From positions 68,755-132,754 of the IMG/VR virus record IMGVR_UViG_3300043432_000484: a stretch of 64,000 nt of DNA. One strand, written 5' to 3'. The translations under genes and the position numbers were made by a program. Below, one piece after another: positions 7,877 to 16,592 of this stretch. Origin of the DNA: a virus (Duplodnaviria > Caudoviricetes). Numbering within the stretch: position 1 is the first letter of the stretch; the number at the start of each line of letters is the position of its first letter. Under the pieces are notes generated by a model. That model saw only the letters and a program-made list of their open reading frames with translations, did no database searches and had not been told where the DNA came from.

Positions 7877-9777
7877 GCTGGTTTGGAGAGGAGCTTGGTG
7901 CCCATGATGGTGTCGATCAACGTGACCCGCGGGGTAGCCATGAACTTAGCTGTGGTGGTGCCCACCGGTGTCGATGCGATCAACGCACTGATGGTGCGGG
8001 GGATCGCATAAGGGTCTTGGAAGATGCGCTCATCGATCATGAAGCAGGGGATTCCCAGCTCCGCTGCCGTAGTTGTGACCGCAGTGTGCGCGTGCCCCAT
8101 GTTGCCAGGCACGTAGAGGAACCCGAATGCGATCGGGTTGAGACCCGACTCACGGACGGCTGCCGTGAACGGTGCGTCTTGCTCGTCACCCACGATGATG
8201 AAGATCGCATCCTCACCTTCCTTGGGCTTGTACTTCTTCAGAGCCTTTACACCCTGAGCGTGGCTCGTCCCACCACCGGCATTGATGCCCTTGAAGGCTT
8301 GTTCGATGCCAGCTGCCGACTGATGCTTGATCACGACCTCACGCCCTGTCTGGCTGAACACCGAGACGTGGAGCTGATCCGCCGGGAACCCCTGCAGGAA
8401 CTTCGCCAAGTACTCCTTGGCCTTCACGATCGCCCCGTCCATCGAGCCCGAGATGTCGACCATGAAGTAGATGCGAAGGTTCTTGACAACCTCTGCGACA
8501 GCCGTCTTGATGGCGTTGTCCGCGGCATCCTTGAGCTGTTCCTGAGTGGCCTTGGAGCGCACGCGAGTCGCGATGTTCGCAGCACGCATGTCCTCAGCTG
8601 TCGCGATAGCCCGGTCCCACCGGTGCTTGATCTCTTGCACCTCCAAGAGCCCAAGGTCCTCCAACGTCGGAGTCGCGATGATCAGGTCCTTGTCCGACAA
8701 CGAACCAGCATCGATGGCCACGGCCACGATCGCCCGCGTCAGACCCACGCCCTTGGGCAGCAAGCCCACGATGCGCTTGAAGTTCGGCTTGTCCCTTTGG
8801 ATGAGCTGGCAGATCTGCTCCTCCGAGAGACCTTCCCACGATTCGGCGGCTTTCACGGCCTCACCGATCGCCATCTGCCGATGCCCGTCATCCGCTTGGA
8901 TTTGCGGCCAACGAAGTGTCTCGAAGAACTTTTGCGTGTTGGGCTTGTAGCCCACGCGACGCGCCAGCTCGATCACGGTGCGGCGGAAGCCGGCCTTGAC
9001 GAGACCCTCCAACATCCGGGGGTTCTCCTCCCGGTAACGCAGCCACTTGTCCACGGCCTTGGTCCAACGACCCAAGAACGGGTTGCGCGCCGACTTGCCG
9101 AACCCGAGCTGGCGATTGATCTCAGCCACTCCCGGCAAGCGCAGCACGTCGTGCACCCGAAGCAGGAGCTTTGGGTTGAAGTCGGTAGCCTTGGAACCAG
9201 CGGCCTTCGCCCCCGGCTTCTCCAGGTCCTTGCGACCAAGCAACAGCATGGCCTCACCGACGTCGCGGTAGTCCTCATCGTGAAACACGAGCTTCCCACC
9301 GTCGATGACCGGATCACCCTTGCGCGACTGAACAAGCAAGAATGCAGCGAGGATCACCTTCAAGTCTCGGTGCTCCAAGCCAAACGCGTAGCTGGCCCAC
9401 TTGGCGGCGAACTCGTTGTCGAGCTTCCACACTTCCGCGACCTGCTTGTACATCCACACCGCGACTTCCGGGTAGATGCCAGCGGGCTGGTAGCGACCGA
9501 TCACGCGATTGCCTTCCTTGACGCGACCGTCGTCCTTCAGCTTGCCGAGCTTGATCTTGGTGGATTGCTTGCCGGTCTTGCGCAGCTCGTAGACAACCTT
9601 GTCTCCCTCTTCGAGCACGTGAGTGACAGGGAGCCACTTCACTCCGATCGTGGAGCCGGCGTCGGGGACCACGATGCCGGCTCTCCCATGATGAGCATGG
9701 TCCGAATACGCCAGAACTGTCTGAAGTATTCTCTCCGCCGGCCCAAGATTTTCATTCACATTTGCCATAGTCGCCAT
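7864..9777 (-). CDS. divergent TROVE(Ro60)-like plus vWA domain protein
   Basis: C-terminal vWA MIDAS (DISGSM, GGT, GDE); N-terminal EFAAKWASYA..HRD, GRWTKAVDKWL, ELARRVGYKP and ESWE resemble TROVE motifs. Confidence 0.7.
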   Translation of the reverse strand: MATMANVNENLGPAERILQTVLAYSDHAHHGRAGIVVPDAGSTIGVKWLPVTHVLEEGDKVVYELRKTGKQSTKIKLGKLKDDGRVKEGNRVIGRYQPAGIYPEVAVWMYKQVAEVWKLDNEFAAKWASYAFGLEHRDLKVILAAFLLVQSRKGDPVIDGGKLVFHDEDYRDVGEAMLLLGRKDLEKPGAKAAGSKATDFNPKLLLRVHDVLRLPGVAEINRQLGFGKSARNPFLGRWTKAVDKWLRYREENPRMLEGLVKAGFRRTVIELARRVGYKPNTQKFFETLRWPQIQADDGHRQMAIGEAVKAAESWEGLSEEQICQLIQRDKPNFKRIVGLLPKGVGLTRAIVAVAIDAGSLSDKDLIIATPTLEDLGLLEVQEIKHRWDRAIATAEDMRAANIATRVRSKATQEQLKDAADNAIKTAVAEVVKNLRIYFMVDISGSMDGAIVKAKEYLAKFLQGFPADQLHVSVFSQTGREVVIKHQSAAGIEQAFKGINAGGGTSHAQGVKALKKYKPKEGEDAIFIIVGDEQDAPFTAAVRESGLNPIAFGFLYVPGNMGHAHTAVTTTAAELGIPCFMIDERIFQDPYAIPRTISALIASTPVGTTTAKFMATPRVTLIDTIMGTKLLSKPAWAV

Positions 9778-10261
9778 CCATTTGCTGCTGTGTTACTGAA
9801 CGACACATCTCCAAGAAATCCTGTAGTTTCCAGTCATTAAGGGATGCGTTCACAATCCATGCCACTAACCGTACATTGTCCCGCACGTAACCCATTGCAG
9901 GGTCGATCCGATCAATGGAGGGCCTCCAGGGTTGTTCCTCACCGCGCTCACTCACCCCATCGTCCACCAACATGGGCACCCCTGAAAGAGCGCACAAACC
10001 ATTCTGTGTTGACCATAGATTGAGCACGAAGTCAAGGTCAATCTCAAAAGCCAGCCCAAACTTCTTGGACCTTATCCTAGCTGACCTTACTCGATGGGCC
10101 AACTGCCCCTCAACCGTACGGTATTTGCCTCTTTGGTAGACTTTGGAACATTCTTTGCACCAAGAGTACACACCGCTGCGAGTGCGGTTAGTTGTCGTAA
10201 AATGGGAGATTTCAAGTTCCGTTTTACAGTTACTGCAGCACTTATGGGTGATGACCGTCAC
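9752..10261 (-). CDS. HNH-like homing endonuclease
   Basis: Zn-finger N-terminus; QNGLCALSG, SIDRIDP..GY..DNVRLV...N. Confidence 0.85.
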   Translation of the reverse strand: MTVITHKCCSNCKTELEISHFTTTNRTRSGVYSWCKECSKVYQRGKYRTVEGQLAHRVRSARIRSKKFGLAFEIDLDFVLNLWSTQNGLCALSGVPMLVDDGVSERGEEQPWRPSIDRIDPAMGYVRDNVRLVAWIVNASLNDWKLQDFLEMCRSVTQQQMDGDYGKCE

Positions 10262-10271
10262 CTACTCCTAC

Positions 10272-10277
10272 TACACC
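10272..10277 (-). promoter_or_regulatory. GGTGTA putative phage extended -10 element heading the TROVE/Ubl operon
   Basis: 10 nt upstream of the GTG start; 9-12 nt spacing recurs at 10 other genes. Confidence 0.55.
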
Positions 10278-10388
10278 GGAACCGATGCTACTTCAAGTAG
10301 CGATAGCATTTTGATTGAGTTACGTGTGGGCGTGTGTGGAGGATGTTGCGCATTGGCACGCGACAGAGCCCTGTATTACCGTAGGGTT

Positions 10389-10778
10389 ATGAGATACCCA
10401 TGCCGTGGATGTGGTTGCGCCACATCATCTGAAAAACCTTACGTACACGAGATCGTGATCGATGGCATCCCCACACGGAGCACCCCAAAGCTGAAAATGC
10501 AGTGCGATGGGTGTGGCGAGTTGACCCTGACCATGAACGAGTTGCAAGAGTACGAGCGAGCCGCAGCCGCCGCAGTGCTCTGCACCATGGTTCCTGGTTC
10601 GGGCGCCATGGTCCGTTATGCACGCCGCGCTTTGGGACTATCCAAAGAAGGGCTGGCGGACGCAATCTACTGCAACTCGATCGACGTGATCACACGATGG
10701 GAGGACGGGCAGGAAGCCATCGACCTCTGCAGCCAAATGGCGATCGTGGCCTTGCTGATGCCAAGCGAAGTTGGCTAG
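10389..10778 (+). CDS. MqsA-like antitoxin (Zn-finger plus XRE HTH), orphan
   Basis: CRGCG...CDGCGE, then VRYARRALGLSKEGLA...ITRWEDG. Confidence 0.75.
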   Translation: MRYPCRGCGCATSSEKPYVHEIVIDGIPTRSTPKLKMQCDGCGELTLTMNELQEYERAAAAAVLCTMVPGSGAMVRYARRALGLSKEGLADAIYCNSIDVITRWEDGQEAIDLCSQMAIVALLMPSEVG

Positions 10779-11008
10779 CCCTTATCTGGGAGATGGTCAA
10801 TCAGGAACGTCTTCCGAGCCGTCGAAATGTAGTCGAGATGCCTGCGCAAGGGTGGCGCCTTGGCCTCACCTCGCATGACCTCCTCGGTGTGATGGCGACA
10901 CAGCACCATCTCACCTTTTTCTGGGTGGATCCAACGGGAGTCACCGCAGTACTCACGCATGCAGATACCGGGTTTGTAGACAGGACGTTCACCGTCGTAG
11001 GGATTCAT
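10775..11008 (-). CDS. hypothetical protein
   Basis: Cys/His-containing ORF. Confidence 0.4.
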   Translation of the reverse strand: MNPYDGERPVYKPGICMREYCGDSRWIHPEKGEMVLCRHHTEEVMRGEAKAPPLRRHLDYISTARKTFLIDHLPDKG

Positions 11009-11018
11009 AGGATCACCA

Positions 11019-11186
11019 TCAGCGCGGCTTCGGCCCGCCCTGCTTTTGCAACTCTTGGGCCACCGCAGCTGCAAGCTTGCCAGGGGCTGGGTGCTCACCA
11101 AGCTTCAACCCAAGCACCTTGGCCAGGCGCATCAGGTTCTCGTACTCGCACTTCTGGAGGTCATTCTTGGTGAAGTGCAGAGCCAT
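11019..11186 (-). CDS. small hypothetical protein (55 aa)
   Basis: translated by hand: MALHFTKNDLQKCEYENLMRLAKVLGL... Confidence 0.4.
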   Translation of the reverse strand: MALHFTKNDLQKCEYENLMRLAKVLGLKLGEHPAPGKLAAAVAQELQKQGGPKPR

Positions 11187-11190
11187 GGCC

Positions 11191-11466
11191 TCAGTCTAAC
11201 GCAGCCGAAAGGATTGCGCCACGCTGACACAACTGAGCGCGCCCGGGGATGGTGCGGATCAACTTCGTTATGCGCCGATGCTTTGAGCTGCCATTCGAGA
11301 ATCTGGGGGATTCCATTACTGTGGTAAGGGCGATCTCCCATACTTCGAAGGGGCCAGTGAACCCGATAACGCGTCGCATGGGATCGTCGCTCGATACAAC
11401 CACGTCACCAGCCAAGACATGCTTCTGCATGTCCTCGATCATCTCGAACAAATTGTTCCACATCAT
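11191..11466 (-). CDS. hypothetical protein
   Basis: 91-aa ORF in a minus-strand gene run. Confidence 0.5.
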   Translation of the reverse strand: MMWNNLFEMIEDMQKHVLAGDVVVSSDDPMRRVIGFTGPFEVWEIALTTVMESPRFSNGSSKHRRITKLIRTIPGRAQLCQRGAILSAALD

Positions 11467-11578
11467 GGCGTGCTCGCCGCTGGCGCTCCATCGTGTTCTT
11501 CCGTAGCAGGAGCTGGACGCGGGATGTCGATCGTCGGAACCACAACTTCGCCGTAATCTGAAACCTACTCATTTCTAC

Positions 11579-12766
11579 TCACGCTGAAATGATGTTCAGT
11601 TCCTGCTTCACCGAGGACTGCTTGGCCAAAAGGTCAAGTCTGACGTTCTCTCCACAGGCAGACGCCGTGTCACTCACGGCCATACGCTTTAGGTTGCGAG
11701 CGGCATTTACATCGCGGTCGTGCACGCAGCCACATTCCTGGCACGTCCACTCACGCTCCGACAGGCTAAGCTCCGGCTTGACCGCGTCGCATTCCGAGCA
11801 TGTCTTGGAGCTGGGGAACCACTGGCTGGCCCATACGACCTTGCAGCCGTATAGCGCCGCTTTGTAGGTGAGCTGGCGCTTGAACTCGTAGAAGCCCACG
11901 TCCGCAATCGCTCTGGAGAGCTTGCGGTTCTTGAGCATGCCTTTGACGTTCAGGGTCTCGGCCCCGATGACGCCATAGGTCTTGCACAGGAACGTGGTGA
12001 GCTTGTGGAGTGCGTCGTGTCGGATGCACCTGATTCGGTAGTGCAACCTCGCAACCTTCATACGCGCCTTCATGCGGTTCGCGGAACCTTTCCGCTTCCT
12101 GGACAACGACCGCTGTAGACGCTTCAACTTAGTGAGATTCCTCCGGAGTGCTTTCGGGTTCTCAAACACCGTCCCGTCCGACAGGGTGGCGAGACGCTTC
12201 AGCCCAAGGTCACAGCCTACCGCCGCTTGGTTTTCGCGGATGGGCGGGATGTGGTTTACCTCGACCTGAAAGCTAGCGAACCACCGGTCGGCAGTGCGGC
12301 TAACGACACACGAAACGATGCGACCTTGCAGGCGCAGCGCCTCTTTCATTCTTACGGTTCCGAGCCGGGGCAAGGTGACGGTCTGACCGTTCACCTCCAC
12401 CGCGTGGCTCAGCTTGTCCTTGGGGCCGTTGTCGGCTCGGAAGCTGTCATGACGGCCCTTCTTGTGCGGCTTCGGATACTTGGCGGTGCCTTTGAAGAAG
12501 CGCTTGAACGCTTGGCCAAGATTCTTGATGGCTTGCTGCGGTGCGCACTTCGTGACTTCGGCCATCCAGGGCCACTCGGATCCTTTGGCCGCGTTCAGCT
12601 GGCGGCGTAGTGCTGCCTCGCTGGGCTTCTCGCCCGCTTTATACTGGCGGCGCCACTCGGACAAGGCCCAGTTGTAGGCAAACCTTGCCGTCCCGGCAGC
12701 GCGAGCACAGTACGTGCGCTGCTTGTCCGTTAGGTCAAGCTCCACCTTGTGGGCCAGCTGAATCAC
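11579..12766 (-). CDS. tnpB: TnpB RNA-guided endonuclease (IS607 type)
   Basis: RuvC motifs GCDLG, ETLNV, DRDVNAARN; Zn finger CSEC...CQEC. Confidence 0.95.
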   Translation of the reverse strand: MIQLAHKVELDLTDKQRTYCARAAGTARFAYNWALSEWRRQYKAGEKPSEAALRRQLNAAKGSEWPWMAEVTKCAPQQAIKNLGQAFKRFFKGTAKYPKPHKKGRHDSFRADNGPKDKLSHAVEVNGQTVTLPRLGTVRMKEALRLQGRIVSCVVSRTADRWFASFQVEVNHIPPIRENQAAVGCDLGLKRLATLSDGTVFENPKALRRNLTKLKRLQRSLSRKRKGSANRMKARMKVARLHYRIRCIRHDALHKLTTFLCKTYGVIGAETLNVKGMLKNRKLSRAIADVGFYEFKRQLTYKAALYGCKVVWASQWFPSSKTCSECDAVKPELSLSEREWTCQECGCVHDRDVNAARNLKRMAVSDTASACGENVRLDLLAKQSSVKQELNIISA

Positions 12767-13392
12767 TCGGCGGCCTCCACGGTGTCCAGCTTCTTCTTGC
12801 GTCGCCCAGCCGACCTACGTCCGTAGACTTTGGCCGAGAAGCTGGCGATGAGGCTCATCATGTCCTCAACGATTTCCGCCTCGTAGCTCTTGGGCAGCAC
12901 GTCCTCCATCCACTCGACTTCCACGCCGTGGCTCTGAAGGAACTTGACGAAGATGGTTGAGTTGAAGCGTGTGAACCTGTCCTTGTGCTCGATGACCACA
13001 CGGCCAATCTCGCCCGCGATGGCAAGGTCGAACAGACGGTGGAGCTTGGGCCGGTTGTCGTTCATCCCGGATCCGACTTCCTCCAGGATGTGCTGGACGT
13101 GGTAGCCACGCTTCACGCAATACTCAAGGACGCGGCCTTTCTGGCGCTCCAGGTCGCCTTTCTGCTTCTGTTCGTTGGAGCTGACTCGACAGTAGGCAGC
13201 CACCACAGTGGACTTGGCGGCAAGCTTCCGGGCCTTGCCTTGGAATGCCTCCAAAGCCTCGACCAGGTAGCGCCGCTTGCCGCCCGGAGTCCGGACAGCT
13301 ACAAGCTTACCACCTTCGTCCCAACGGCGAAGCGTAGTGACCGAACAGCCAAGCATTTCAGCAGCTTTCGATATTGAGACCAAGCCAGTCAT
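12763..13392 (-). CDS. tnpA: IS607 serine-recombinase transposase
   Basis: MerR-like HTH, YCRVSS, EHKDR, FSAKVYGRRS. Confidence 0.95.
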   Translation of the reverse strand: MTGLVSISKAAEMLGCSVTTLRRWDEGGKLVAVRTPGGKRRYLVEALEAFQGKARKLAAKSTVVAAYCRVSSNEQKQKGDLERQKGRVLEYCVKRGYHVQHILEEVGSGMNDNRPKLHRLFDLAIAGEIGRVVIEHKDRFTRFNSTIFVKFLQSHGVEVEWMEDVLPKSYEAEIVEDMMSLIASFSAKVYGRRSAGRRKKKLDTVEAAE

Positions 13393-13558
13393 TCACAGCA
13401 AATCTTTCCGCCACCCGGTCGTAAATACGCTGGAACTCCTGGGGTGAAGGCACCACGTCCAGCTCGACTGGGTGTTGGTAGACTCGGCCGTCAGACAGCT
13501 CAAACTCCTGAGCAGTCACCCGCACTACCTTGACTCTATGTGTCTTCGCTCCCAGCAT
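13358..13558 (-). CDS. small ORF inside the IS607 left end
   Basis: MLGAKTHRVKVVRVTAQEFELSDG...; GGTGTA 11 nt upstream. Confidence 0.55.
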   Translation of the reverse strand: MLGAKTHRVKVVRVTAQEFELSDGRVYQHPVELDVVPSPQEFQRIYDRVAERFAVNDWLGLNIESC

Positions 13559-13721
13559 CTGGTACCTACTACACCAGTCCCATAAGTAGAAACGGGTAGG
13601 AATGGACATAAAAGAGTAGGTTTCAGCTCAACTGTTCGAACCCGCTACGCGCTCGGCAATGATGGCGGCCTCGAATGCTTTGCGTGGGTCCTGAGCCATA
13701 CCTAGCCCTTCACACAAATGG

Positions 13722-14018
13722 TTATTCGTTGGCTATCCGGGCCAGCACATCCCCGTGGCAGGCCTTGTCTGGTTTGCACCAGCACCCAAGGACTTTACCG
13801 CGCAATTCTTGGCGCACCAACCGAACCAACCCAGGCTGGGCCAGCAACCACTCTTCGTACCGGGCGATCGCCTCAGCGCGGGTGGCCACCTTGAACTTGG
13901 CGGTTGTTCCCTCCCGGTGGCTGAACGGATTGCCCCAGATGGTTGGCCGCGTGATGCAGACGTCGAAACGACTCGTTCGCAGATGAACAACCAACCCACT
14001 TATATCCACACTTGGCAT
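13722..14018 (-). CDS. DUF4326 family protein
   Basis: DVCITRPTIWGNPF...ELRGKVLGCWCKP..CHGDVL. Confidence 0.9.
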   Translation of the reverse strand: MPSVDISGLVVHLRTSRFDVCITRPTIWGNPFSHREGTTAKFKVATRAEAIARYEEWLLAQPGLVRLVRQELRGKVLGCWCKPDKACHGDVLARIANE

Positions 14019-14559
14019 GCCCAGAACACCTGAGTTGAAGAAAGAGAAAAACCAAGCGAGGAGACTAGCCAGAATAGCAGCCGGACTGTGCTCTCGCTGT
14101 GGAAAGGGTACACCACCCGATGGAAGACGAACTTGTGATAGCTGCAAAACGTACGCCAAAAATTTCGCCTCTAAGGAATGGAAAACTGAAGCCGGTAAAG
14201 AGAAGAGAAGAAAGAGGCAAAGAGAATGGCAAGCTTCCAACCCTGAAGTGCTTAGGGCAAGGTCCAAAGCCGCCTACCATAGAGCGAGGAACTTAGTGTT
14301 TGAACACTACGGATGGAAGTGTGCCTGTTGCGGAGAAACTGAGCCAGGATTCCTAACCATAGACCACATCAACAATGATGGAGGGCAGGATCGAAAGGCC
14401 AACTTCTACAACAGAATAGTCCGAAAAGGTTACCCTGAAGATCTTCAGACACTATGCTATAACTGTAACATCTCAAAAGCCCACTACGGGCAGTGTCCTC
14501 ACATAATGCGGAAGGCAGACGGCTCGAACGCCATACCCTTTCGGGTACCACCCGATTAG
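14017..14559 (+). CDS. HNH endonuclease
   Basis: CACCGE...LTIDHINNDG...LCYNCN. Confidence 0.85.
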   Translation: MPRTPELKKEKNQARRLARIAAGLCSRCGKGTPPDGRRTCDSCKTYAKNFASKEWKTEAGKEKRRKRQREWQASNPEVLRARSKAAYHRARNLVFEHYGWKCACCGETEPGFLTIDHINNDGGQDRKANFYNRIVRKGYPEDLQTLCYNCNISKAHYGQCPHIMRKADGSNAIPFRVPPD

Positions 14560-14597
14560 CAATCGGGGCCGGGCTCCATCAGCCCAGTTTACCTTCC
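14509..14597 (-). tRNA. tRNA-Ser(GCT), 8/4 fold
   Basis: 8-bp acceptor GGAAGGTA/TGCCTTCC, 4-bp T-stem, long D-stem and variable arm, G73. Confidence 0.8.
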
Positions 14598-14794
14598 AAA
14601 AACTTAGCCCGCACCTTCGCGATCAGCAGAGGCACTTGCTCTTCAGTGACCTCGTACACCTTGAGGTTGGGTGTCGGGGCCAGCAACCAGGACTCGGTTG
14701 GGAACCGGTGAGCCAGAAAGCGATCCCCGCCCAAAGCAGCCTGCAAGATCACACAACCAGGACGCATCAGCTCAACATCGAATGCAATCTTCAT
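14579..14794 (-). CDS. hypothetical protein
   Basis: 71-aa ORF. Confidence 0.5.
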   Translation of the reverse strand: MKIAFDVELMRPGCVILQAALGGDRFLAHRFPTESWLLAPTPNLKVYEVTEEQVPLLIAKVRAKFLEGKLG

Positions 14795-14948
14795 AGCCTA
14801 CCCTTGATGCGATTCAGATGCTTCTTGAAGACCGTGGCCATGTGCCTTGGCCCCCTTAGAGGAGACCAATACAACTCCCAACCTTCTTTGAATCCATCTA
14901 CGAATGCGTGCCAGAGTATCTTCATGTTCGCCACCCTAGCACACTTTG

Positions 14949-15033
14949 CGGAAGATCGAGGTCCCGACCCCCACAGACTTTCGCCTGCCCACCGCTTTCA
15001 AGGCGGGTCCCGCACCTTGCGAGTTGATCTTCC
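14949..15033 (-). tRNA. tRNA-Ser(TGA), 8/4 fold
   Basis: GGAAGATC/GATCTTCC, loop CT-TGA-AA. Confidence 0.8.
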
Positions 15034-15040
15034 AATGATT

Positions 15041-15334
15041 TCACATATCCAATTCAAAACAAGGGTGCTGATCATCCCCAAAGTAGAACATCAACACCTG
15101 AGATACCCGACGCTTCATTTGTTCACCCGGTATCTCCCATGTCTCGTCATTTTTGACGAAACTAGAGTGCTGGAAAGCCGTGTACTCACTTCCAACATCC
15201 AAATAACTTGCAAACAGGTTGACCGCATTCACACGCACGCGAACACGTAGAGGATCCTCCTCTATCAGCTCCAATACCTCCCACTCATCCCCGTGATCGG
15301 AGGCGATCTGCCCAACTTTCAACCTTGTTCTCAT
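15041..15334 (-). CDS. hypothetical protein
   Basis: 97-aa ORF between tRNAs. Confidence 0.5.
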   Translation of the reverse strand: MRTRLKVGQIASDHGDEWEVLELIEEDPLRVRVRVNAVNLFASYLDVGSEYTAFQHSSFVKNDETWEIPGEQMKRRVSQVLMFYFGDDQHPCFELDM

Positions 15335-15336
15335 AG

Positions 15337-15426
15337 CGGAAACCGGAGGTATTGATCCCCACAGACGGTCTTAGCGCCTGCACACTGTTTTCGAAACAGG
15401 TCCGGCCCCCGGCCGGTTCAGCTTCC
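15337..15426 (-). tRNA. tRNA-Ser(CGA), 8/4 fold
   Basis: GGAAGCTG/CGGTTTCC, loop TT-CGA-AA. Confidence 0.8.
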
Positions 15427-15427
15427 A

Positions 15428-15499
15428 TGGTGGCGGTAAGAGGAATCGAACCTCACCCGAAGGCCTTATGAGAGCCCCGTCCCGCCTTGGGATACCGCC
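15428..15499 (-). tRNA. tRNA-Met/Ile2(CAT)
   Basis: loop CT-CAT-AA, encoded CCA, short D-arm. Confidence 0.75.
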
Positions 15500-15502
15500 A
15501 TG

Positions 15503-15970
15503 TTACTCTTCTTTGGGTAGATGCGGAGGAAACGCTGCCTCGCACTCCTTGTTGAACTCTTCCATCCCAACCTGAGGCCTGGGGTTGTCCAGCATAGCCT
15601 CAATCTGCCGAGGAGTCAGGTGTGTTGGCGTTGGATTGCTGTAGTGATCCCGCTTGGAGAGCTTGTTGATCAATGCCTCAGACTCTTCAGCGGTCTGGTA
15701 TATGATCGGGAACCCAGGGAATGCACGCTTGGCTTCTCGCTTGGCTGGAGGGGCCAAAGGGTCCACCAGGAGGCCTTCCCTCACAGCTGTGTCTACGCTC
15801 ACTCGTTCCAAGAATCCCGCGTGCCATGCCGCGCCGCCGGGCAGCAACCAAATGATCGATCCCTTGTCAATCTTGGTCAACCCGAGCCAGAACGGCGCAG
15901 GAGCGACTACCCTCTGGCAACGCAGGAGGAGCAACAGGGTAGAGAAAAAATGGCGTAGGTAGCGGAGCAT
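15503..15970 (-). CDS. hypothetical protein
   Basis: 155 aa; GGTGTA 9 nt upstream. Confidence 0.55.
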   Translation of the reverse strand: MLRYLRHFFSTLLLLLRCQRVVAPAPFWLGLTKIDKGSIIWLLPGGAAWHAGFLERVSVDTAVREGLLVDPLAPPAKREAKRAFPGFPIIYQTAEESEALINKLSKRDHYSNPTPTHLTPRQIEAMLDNPRPQVGMEEFNKECEAAFPPHLPKEE

Positions 15971-15988
15971 GACGTTATTTACACCGAT

Positions 15989-16417
15989 TCAGCGAAGCCC
16001 GTACAGGTACAAAAAGGCGGCCCACCCAGATGGGAGCAAATCGGTTGGCTCATCCAACTGATTGCCATACTGCACCGCCATCTCAAGCATGTACTTGGCA
16101 TGCATGAACGCCTCCACGATCGGGCGAGTCTCCTGCAACCAGTTGGCATTGGTGGTACCATGGTTGAAATGGCGCCCGGTGCCGTCCTGGATGATCCGCA
16201 TGAACCACTCGTTCAGCCTCACCTCTGGCATCAGCGCTTGCAACGCGTCCACCATCGCGGAAGTGCTGTGCTGCATGTAGAAGACCTTGAAGCTCTGGTG
16301 GTAGAACCTGTACACGTAGTCCTCGTAGCACCAGTGATCCGAAATCTCCCCCAACAGCTTGGTGAGCTGCGGGAGGTCCCTCTTCAGTGCTGCCAGCAAA
16401 TCGCGATCGGTTCCCAT
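15989..16417 (-). CDS. hypothetical protein
   Basis: 142 aa, strong codon bias; GGTGTA 10 nt upstream. Confidence 0.7.
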   Translation of the reverse strand: MGTDRDLLAALKRDLPQLTKLLGEISDHWCYEDYVYRFYHQSFKVFYMQHSTSAMVDALQALMPEVRLNEWFMRIIQDGTGRHFNHGTTNANWLQETRPIVEAFMHAKYMLEMAVQYGNQLDEPTDLLPSGWAAFLYLYGLR

Positions 16418-16440
16418 GGCTCTTTACTACACCGGTTGGG

Positions 16441-16512
16441 CGCTCCTGGAAGGAATCGAACCTACGTAAACGGCGTTCGAAGCGCCGCGCCTGTCCTCTA
16501 GGCTACAGGAGC
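16441..16512 (-). tRNA. tRNA-Arg(TCG)
   Basis: cloverleaf, loop CT-TCG-AA. Confidence 0.9.
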
Positions 16513-16515
16513 ATG

Positions 16516-16586
16516 CGTTCCCGGAAGGAATCGAACCTTCGTGGCAGCCTTCGCAAAGCTGTGCCTATCCTCTAGGCTACGGGAAC
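16516..16586 (-). tRNA. tRNA-Arg(GCG)
   Basis: cloverleaf, loop TT-GCG-AA. Confidence 0.9.
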
Positions 16587-16592
16587 ATTGAA

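Larger units (their letters stand above)
11551..13642 (-). mobile_element. IS607-family element (small ORF + tnpA + tnpB) inserted at GG
   Basis: GG at both junctions; 13-bp subterminal inverted repeat CTGAAACCTACTC at 11558-11570 and 13614-13626; excision restores an ORF. Confidence 0.85.
11463..13699 (-). pseudogene. 48-aa gene interrupted by IS607
   Basis: joining 13699-13641 to 11550-11463 gives MAQDPRKAFEAAIIAERVAGEVVVPTIDIPRPAP...STP*. Confidence 0.65.

Noticed and set aside
7579-9840. 753-aa plus-strand ORF
   Set aside because: Antisense shadow of the GC3-biased vWA gene; no motifs.
11551-13642. IStron (group I intron plus IS607)
   Set aside because: Only about 80 nt lie between the left end and the first ORF; no room or recognisable intron core.
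14949-15033. tRNA-Sec (GGAAGATC start, 8-bp acceptor)
   Set aside because: The anticodon is TGA (Ser), not TCA, and the T-stem is 4 bp rather than 5.
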